Positions 56,682 through 64,000 of a stretch of 64,000 bases of DNA are shown here, in pieces. The notes beneath the pieces were generated by a model. The model ran no database searches. It was not told where the DNA came from and saw nothing but the letters and a program-made list of their open reading frames with translations. Location: the sequence record MZ475891.1; one strand, 5' to 3'. A program made the translations under genes and the position numbers. How positions within the stretch are numbered: position 1 is the stretch's first letter; each line of letters starts with the position of its first letter.

Positions 56682-56726
56682 TGGACAAAATAGTGGTAGT
56701 ATCTAAAGCATGACCTGTGCTACACT
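56682..56726 (+). promoter_or_regulatory. early promoter P10
   Basis: GCACAAATA-TGGACAAAAT N33 TG-C-TACACT. Confidence 0.75.
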
Positions 56727-56745
56727 ATAGATCGAATGCCTTGTA

Positions 56746-56820
56746 GTTTTTTGACTGTGAGTTACTTTCCGGCTCACAGTCCTTTTTAAAGTGCTCTCAC
56801 AAGAACGCTTTAAAAAGCAC
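56746..56820 (+). ncRNA. candidate structured RNA element, copy 2 (ORF-less unit between P10 and P11)
   Basis: GACTGTGAGTT-ACTTTCC-GGCTCACAGTC, then CTTTTTAAAGTG...CGCTTTAAAAAG. Confidence 0.55.
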
Positions 56821-56854
56821 AGACTGCCTGCGCTTTTGATAGACAGCATAAATC

Positions 56855-56898
56855 TGGACAAAATCATGGTTGTATCAGAATGCTGCCTGTCATACACT
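56855..56898 (+). promoter_or_regulatory. early promoter P11
   Basis: GCATAAATC-TGGACAAAAT, -35 TTGTAT N17 TACACT. Confidence 0.8.
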
Positions 56899-56959
56899 TT
56901 AATGAGTCGAGCAATAGTGCTCGCAACAAACTAAATCCCAATACTGAGGAGTATTACAC

Positions 56960-58552
<1,593 letters not shown>

Positions 58553-58627
58553 GTAACCTGTAGTTCTGAATACATGCGGCTCGAAAGGGCCGCACACTGA
58601 CAACAAAGTTGATTGAGGAATCACATT

Positions 58628-59890
58628 ATGTCAAACGCAAATAAAACTCTGCTTAACGCTCGTGTACGTCTGTCCACTGGCACAACTACTTTCATCAACA
58701 AGATTAACGCGAACGGCTACGGCATCGATGCTAAGGGCCCACAGATTTCTGTGAAGCGTCTTGTTATTGCAGGCAAAATGCTCAAAGAGCTGGCTGAGCC
58801 GCTGCCGCAAGGTGAATACGTTGTGCTGAACGGCGTCACTGTGAAACTGAACAAGCGCCAGCAACGTGAGCTTGCAGAGAAAACGCTCGACACTAAAGCG
58901 CTGCTGCCTGATTTAAGCAAGCTGACCTACGTTGACCCGCAGACAGGCAAAGTCACTGATTCAAAAGTGAAGGCGCCTAAAGCTGGCGCGAAAGCAAGTC
59001 TGAAAGCAACGCGTGAGCACAACAAAGAGCCGAAGCGTAGTCGCAAACAGCACAAAGCTGAAACGAACGATCTCAAAGACAGTCTGGACATTATCGACGA
59101 ACGCAAATCACCGAAAGCGTCTCTGATTGAACGTCTGGATGCAGCAATCGCCGAAGCGAAAACGAAAGCACGCCGTAAGCTGTTAGCCGAAACGTTCGAC
59201 ATGGACTGGGCTGATATTAAAAAGCATGGCGGTGCAGGTATCGTTAAGCAGCATGGCCGCAAGAACGCCCAGAAGTTTATTGATCGTCAGACAGTGCAGG
59301 TCGATAGCACAACGTTCATCAAACAAATGCCAGCGCCGCTCAAGCGTCTTATTCAGGACACTGAGTTGCGTCTCAATCAAAAGCAGATTGAGCAAGTGCT
59401 TGGTGCGCTGGGGCTTGATACGCAATTCTACGCAGTCGCCGTGCAAGAGCTGCTGGGCAAACTCAAACTGTCCATAGGCGGCCGCGTGATCGAAGGCGAA
59501 GTTGTTCGAAAGGAGAACACGCCGAAGCCAAAAAGGTTCGTACACGCTGAGGCGCAATACGCAGATAAGAAAGAAGCGAAACGCCGCGTAAGCAAAATGA
59601 AATACGCGCTGCTGATTCCGCCTACGAAAGGTCTGCCTGCGTTACGCATTCATCAGGCAGAGGCAAAGCAGTCACTCGCCGTTATGCTGCACCTGAAGCC
59701 TGGGAACATCAAGCGTGGTCTGCTTGCGTATGACAACAAAGGCCGTGAGTATATGTATGTCGCTTGCGATATGACGGGCCCTGTGTTCATCGATAAAGAT
59801 AGCAACGAGCTGGCGTTCACGTATGCCAATCTGATCGATAACTTCAAACTCAAAGCGCAGCCTGTGTCTGAACTGGACGTGGCCGTATGA
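58628..59890 (+). CDS. basic paralogue of the upstream acidic protein
   Basis: ATG 58628 behind GAGG hairpin; shares N- and C-terminal domain patterns with 56960..58552. Confidence 0.8.
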   Translation: MSNANKTLLNARVRLSTGTTTFINKINANGYGIDAKGPQISVKRLVIAGKMLKELAEPLPQGEYVVLNGVTVKLNKRQQRELAEKTLDTKALLPDLSKLTYVDPQTGKVTDSKVKAPKAGAKASLKATREHNKEPKRSRKQHKAETNDLKDSLDIIDERKSPKASLIERLDAAIAEAKTKARRKLLAETFDMDWADIKKHGGAGIVKQHGRKNAQKFIDRQTVQVDSTTFIKQMPAPLKRLIQDTELRLNQKQIEQVLGALGLDTQFYAVAVQELLGKLKLSIGGRVIEGEVVRKENTPKPKRFVHAEAQYADKKEAKRRVSKMKYALLIPPTKGLPALRIHQAEAKQSLAVMLHLKPGNIKRGLLAYDNKGREYMYVACDMTGPVFIDKDSNELAFTYANLIDNFKLKAQPVSELDVAV

Positions 59891-60273
59891 GAACTGAAAT
59901 CATCGTAGCGGGAGTTCTCTCTCAACTTTACACGCGGCTGATTACGGCCGCTATAATGAAAGCGCATGTGTATTACTCAGACCTTGCGCCGGTGGTGTTC
60001 GGTGTGCAGCTTACCAAAGTCGGTAAGTCGCAGTATCAAGCGCTGTGGGATTTAGTAGCGCTGACGATGCAGATGGACCACGCACACGGCCGACCGCCTG
60101 TTGCTGCTCTGTATGTGTCTCGCGCTAATGCATCAAAACGACCGCCGCAAGCATTCTTCGCTGAATACGAGCGGCTAACTGGTAAGCGACTCAATGACGA
60201 CGACTGGGAAGAGTTAGTCGATGAAGTATGGGCAGCTTACTCTCCACCAGAAATCTGTCAGGAGCCGACATGA
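59887..60273 (+). CDS. winged-helix-like protein (YY.DLA...GRPP..AL.V...P..FF family)
   Basis: 128 aa; motif pattern. Confidence 0.6.
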   Translation: MRTEIIVAGVLSQLYTRLITAAIMKAHVYYSDLAPVVFGVQLTKVGKSQYQALWDLVALTMQMDHAHGRPPVAALYVSRANASKRPPQAFFAEYERLTGKRLNDDDWEELVDEVWAAYSPPEICQEPT

Positions 60274-60728
60274 AGAAGTTGAAAGCCGTAAAGGTTAAAA
60301 TTAGCCGCGGTGGTTATAAGCCTTCTTCTAAGGAAGAGGCAAAGAAGCTGGTGGCAGAGTTTCTGCTCGGTACCATCGGCATTAGCCCAACGCAAGTCAG
60401 TCAACAACTGCTGTTGAATATCACGAACTACAACTATCTGACCTCTGTTGCGTATTCTGGACGTTCTACAGATTACAGCCAAGCGGCAGCGCACAAAACT
60501 GTAAAAGAACTAAATGAATTTTGTCGAAAGCATAAAATTCAACTGGGCTTGCTAATTATGCCCCACACGTCGGCGTCTGAATATGATGGTGACGTAATTG
60601 TTGCAATCCCGTGGGAGCATGTTAAGAACAATCCGCAAATCCAGTCTGCCGTTAATTCTCTGTTTGAATCGGTTGAAGCAGACGGCTACCCACAGTATGT
60701 GACTGATGCTAAAACAGTAGAGGGATAA
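60270..60728 (+). CDS. hypothetical protein
   Basis: AGGAG RBS before ATG 60270. Confidence 0.75.
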   Translation: MKKLKAVKVKISRGGYKPSSKEEAKKLVAEFLLGTIGISPTQVSQQLLLNITNYNYLTSVAYSGRSTDYSQAAAHKTVKELNEFCRKHKIQLGLLIMPHTSASEYDGDVIVAIPWEHVKNNPQIQSAVNSLFESVEADGYPQYVTDAKTVEG

Positions 60729-60729
60729 G

Positions 60730-62010
60730 ATGTTCTACGACTATGTATTCAACTTCGACGAGCGCCAGACGCTACTGTCGTTAGCGGAATCCAAGTATCT
60801 TCTTAAACGGGACATTCCCGAGTATCTTAAAAAGTCCAAACACGCAATTGAGATTCGTCACACTGTGACCAATCGTGGACGCGAGCGCCGCTCAGGAACA
60901 ATAACAACTCCTATCGTGCCGCGTATTCACACCCGTGATGTTATGCGCTTGCTTGATGATATTCGTGACAACGCGACTTACAGCTCCTGCCAAAGTCTCG
61001 CTGAACTGTTTGAATTGGGCTTGGGCGTTCCGCGCCAGAAAGATATTGCTACTTACCTTCATGCTTATTCGCGTGAGCACGACAAGAAAGGTATCGGTAT
61101 CAAGTATATCCGCAAGCTGGTGGTTGATTATCATCGTAAGCACCGTCGTAGTATGGCGGGCAGTCGCTGGTTAATGCCTGCTGCTTACACGGCCAATCTG
61201 CTGAACATGCAGAACTTCATTCATCTGAAAGAAGACGGCTACAAGGGTAAAGTCAAAACGCCAGACGGCATCCCTGTAGTCTTGATTTACCAGAGCACTG
61301 AATACGCGACTGGCGAGTTTACTCTGTGTGACGCATTCATGATTAGTCCGATGGGATATCCAATGCCGTTCGCTCAGATTGCGCTGCGTCCCGAGTTCAA
61401 GGCTGTGCCTAAAACGTTTTGCTCCCAAGCTCTGCGTGGCAAAGGCATGTACTCAATGGTTCTCGGTATGATTTACTGGGAGAAAGGTGATTCAGTCGAA
61501 TTGACACGCGAAGTCATGGAGATTGATGACAACCAGTATCTCACGTTGCTCGATGATGAACGTTATGCTGACCGCCGCTCTGATGAATATTCAGCGATGC
61601 TGGTCAAGCGTGAAGAGTTCCGTCGCAATCGTGACAAGTGGCAGTCAGTGATTGATAAGTACGGCCAGACAGTTCGAACCCTCAAGCCTGAGATTAGCGC
61701 TCGTCTTGATCGTGCTCGTCAGTTCTTCTACGACCGCTCCGAGTTCCTGAAAGAGTTCGAGTCTCAGGAGAAGCGTGAGAACACCCGCGCATCAAAACGT
61801 TTTGCTGTAGCGTCTGCGATGTTTGCTGCGATTGACTGTGGGACAATTGCTGATCGTCAGACCTACCTTGCAGTGAGCACAAAGATTGATAAAGTGCATG
61901 ACATTCTCGGTAAGTGGGGATTCAACACTGTAAAATCTGTTAATGCTAGTTTGAAGAAGTCTCTTTTAACCTATGACGAATCAGGCGTATCTCGCGTCTG
62001 GTCACTATAA
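60730..62010 (+). CDS. hypothetical protein with one Sel1-like motif (SLAELFELGLGVPRQKDIA)
   Basis: 426 aa, GAGGG RBS. Confidence 0.8.
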   Translation: MFYDYVFNFDERQTLLSLAESKYLLKRDIPEYLKKSKHAIEIRHTVTNRGRERRSGTITTPIVPRIHTRDVMRLLDDIRDNATYSSCQSLAELFELGLGVPRQKDIATYLHAYSREHDKKGIGIKYIRKLVVDYHRKHRRSMAGSRWLMPAAYTANLLNMQNFIHLKEDGYKGKVKTPDGIPVVLIYQSTEYATGEFTLCDAFMISPMGYPMPFAQIALRPEFKAVPKTFCSQALRGKGMYSMVLGMIYWEKGDSVELTREVMEIDDNQYLTLLDDERYADRRSDEYSAMLVKREEFRRNRDKWQSVIDKYGQTVRTLKPEISARLDRARQFFYDRSEFLKEFESQEKRENTRASKRFAVASAMFAAIDCGTIADRQTYLAVSTKIDKVHDILGKWGFNTVKSVNASLKKSLLTYDESGVSRVWSL

Positions 62011-62031
62011 CCCTTATCTGAGGAGATAAAC

Positions 62032-64000
62032 ATGTCCGAGAACAATCAAAGCGGAGCTACTCGCTTCGGCACAGAAGTGCAGGCCGGCATCGCAGAAGCG
62101 CAACGCCGTGCTAACTCTGCTGAGAGTGGCAGGCTGAACAAATGCACGATCATCGTGCTGACTTCGATTGACGCCAACCAGCGTTACTCTTATCTGTCCG
62201 CAGACGAACAACTGCGCGAAGAACTGGTGCGCGGTAAAGTAATCAACCGTCTGCCTGACCTGTTAGAGCGTGCTGGTGGTAATACCGCTGCTGACAATAA
62301 CAGCGCGTTCCACGTCCTGCACCCAAACAACGGCGTGCCTACCTCGATCGATGCTCGCATCAAAGTGGGCGAAGGTAATGCGGTCATTCTGTCATATACT
62401 GTAAACAAAGCAGTGACAGAGATGCACGGTAGCTTATCGCTTGCTCTGTTTGCATCTGGCGCCGAAGACTTAAATGATCTGGCCGCTGATTTCGGTATTC
62501 ACGCAATTGCGATTGTTGAAGAATCGAAAGCCGCTGAGTTCATCAAAGGACTTGAAGCTCAGGTGGAAGCGTTGAATATTGTAAATCTCACTAGCATTGA
62601 TGATTCTAACGATTCGTTAGACCTGCCAGTGATTGACTTCGCTGCATTAGCGGGCAATCCTACAACAGTGCTTACGGGCGCTGTGCGTACCTTCATCATG
62701 CAATCAATCAGCGGCGAAGTCTTCGCTGCAATCCCTAATAACGGAGAACTGAACGTGAAAAACGATAACGTGGCTCAGCCTGCTGACCTGGAAGAAGACT
62801 TCGACAACAATGATGAGATTGTTGATCAGAACGGCGGTGAAGGCGAAGTTACTGGCGAAGAGCTGCTGGGCTACAAAGCAGAAAATCTTTCGCTCGACCA
62901 AATGCGTAGTGCGCTTGAAGCGATCAACTACGACCTGTCTGAAATGACGGAAGAAGCAATCCGTGAAGCGTTCGAAACTGAACAGAACCTTTACCTGGGT
63001 GGCGGCGATGACGAATCTTCCGAAGAAGAGGAAGATGAAGACGCCGCTGATGTTGACAGCGACGAAGAAGAAGAGGAAGAAGACGAGGAGTTCGATGCTC
63101 CTGCGTATCTGGCTCAAGCGCTCGCTGCTGAAAACTTTAGCCGTAGCGATCTGAAACTGCTGGTCAAGTCTCAAGACCTGAAAGTGATGAAGAACGACAC
63201 TCCTGAAACTCTGGTGCAGAAGCTGCTGGACCTGGTGCAGGACGCATCGTCCGATGAAGTGTTCGAACTGATCACTGTGTTCGTTGAACTGCTGGACGAG
63301 CACGGCGTTGAATGTGACGCGCTGCGTGCTACCATCGCTGAGGACGAAAGCGATGAAGACGAAGAAGAGGACGGCGAAGACGAAGACGCCGATGAAGATG
63401 GCGACGACGAAGAAGAGGAAGATGAAGAGGAGTCTGATGAAGACGAATCTGAAACCGAATCTGATGACGAAACCGAAACGCTGTCTGTGGCTGACGTTAC
63501 CGATCCTCTCGATTACTTCCGCTTCAACGGTGGTGACCTGACTGCCGAGCAGCGTATTGCTGCTGTCGAATCGATGGGTACAAGCACTGTTGGTCTGAAC
63601 ATTGTTCAGGTCATGAAAGCGTTCAACGAAATCCGCTCACAGTCTAACCTGATCGATATTGCCGCTGATGAAGCCGACTCTGCGCTGTACGATATGCTGA
63701 CTGCTCTGCCGTACGCAACGCTGCTGAGCTTCGCTCAAGAGATTGAGCTGGAAGTTGATGGCGAAGAGTCTGCCGAAGATCTCGTCACTCTGCTGATGGA
63801 CGAATCTACTGCCGACAGCGATACGCTGAAAGCGCTGGCGTATGTGTTCGAAACCTACGGTGGCCTGGGTGTTGAAGCAGATGATATCCTGCTGATGGAC
63901 TGGCATGAAGCGCTGGCGCTGGTTATTCCTGTGTATGCATCGTCAGACGAAGTTGAGTCCGATGCAGAAGACGAAGACGAAGACGTTATCGCCGATGAAG
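62032..64000 (+). CDS. very acidic large protein with repeated HeH-like modules (runs off the window; absent from ORF track)
   Basis: ATG 62032 behind TTATCT-GAGG-AGATAA; read without a stop for over 650 codons: MSENNQSGATRF...EEEEEEDEE...EDEDEDVIADE. Confidence 0.85.
   Translation, partial: MSENNQSGATRFGTEVQAGIAEAQRRANSAESGRLNKCTIIVLTSIDANQRYSYLSADEQLREELVRGKVINRLPDLLERAGGNTAADNNSAFHVLHPNNGVPTSIDARIKVGEGNAVILSYTVNKAVTEMHGSLSLALFASGAEDLNDLAADFGIHAIAIVEESKAAEFIKGLEAQVEALNIVNLTSIDDSNDSLDLPVIDFAALAGNPTTVLTGAVRTFIMQSISGEVFAAIPNNGELNVKNDNVAQPADLEEDFDNNDEIVDQNGGEGEVTGEELLGYKAENLSLDQMRSALEAINYDLSEMTEEAIREAFETEQNLYLGGGDDESSEEEEDEDAADVDSDEEEEEEDEEFDAPAYLAQALAAENFSRSDLKLLVKSQDLKVMKNDTPETLVQKLLDLVQDASSDEVFELITVFVELLDEHGVECDALRATIAEDESDEDEEEDGEDEDADEDGDDEEEEDEEESDEDESETESDDETETLSVADVTDPLDYFRFNGGDLTAEQRIAAVESMGTSTVGLNIVQVMKAFNEIRSQSNLIDIAADEADSALYDMLTALPYATLLSFAQEIELEVDGEESAEDLVTLLMDESTADSDTLKALAYVFETYGGLGVEADDILLMDWHEALALVIPVYASSDEVESDAEDEDEDVIADE

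Overview
This window is a fragment of a large lytic dsDNA (jumbo) phage genome. It is gene-dense, with about 104 plausible CDS, all on the + strand except a DnaG-type primase. It shows no host housekeeping operons, rRNA, canonical tRNA or CRISPR array. An AmsF/WceF-like glycan enzyme suggests an Erwinia/Pantoea/Dickeya-type host (Y3/JA-like group; inference). The region ~1-24.7 kb is a replication/recombination/structural block: RuvC/A22-like resolvase, Ig-repeat protein, primase, PD-(D/E)xK nuclease, Acb1-like 2H phosphodiesterase, phage sigma factor, gp32-like SSB, intein-containing RecA and an AmsF-like protein. Many of its genes are preceded by CTGTAAA(T/C). The region ~24.8-64 kb is an early/accessory block of small ORFs driven by at least 11 near-identical sigma70-like promoters with a fixed upstream TGGACAAAAT element. 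It encodes NADAR-like, GNAT, Tpt1/KptA, radical SAM, TraR/DksA, UvsE, dUTPase, SLT and HD-domain proteins and ends in large charge-biased proteins. The most striking signals not explained by gene calls are: (i) a covarying hairpin that holds the Shine-Dalgarno core in a tetraloop at 10 start sites; (ii) a two-copy structured RNA element just downstream of early promoters; (iii) a family of acidic HeH/Rho-N-like modules and an adjacent acidic/basic paralogue pair; (iv) an SSB with alternating acidic/basic blocks; (v) a radical SAM enzyme with a Cys-repeat tail behind a 33-aa peptide. All functional calls come from motifs read by eye; no database search was run.
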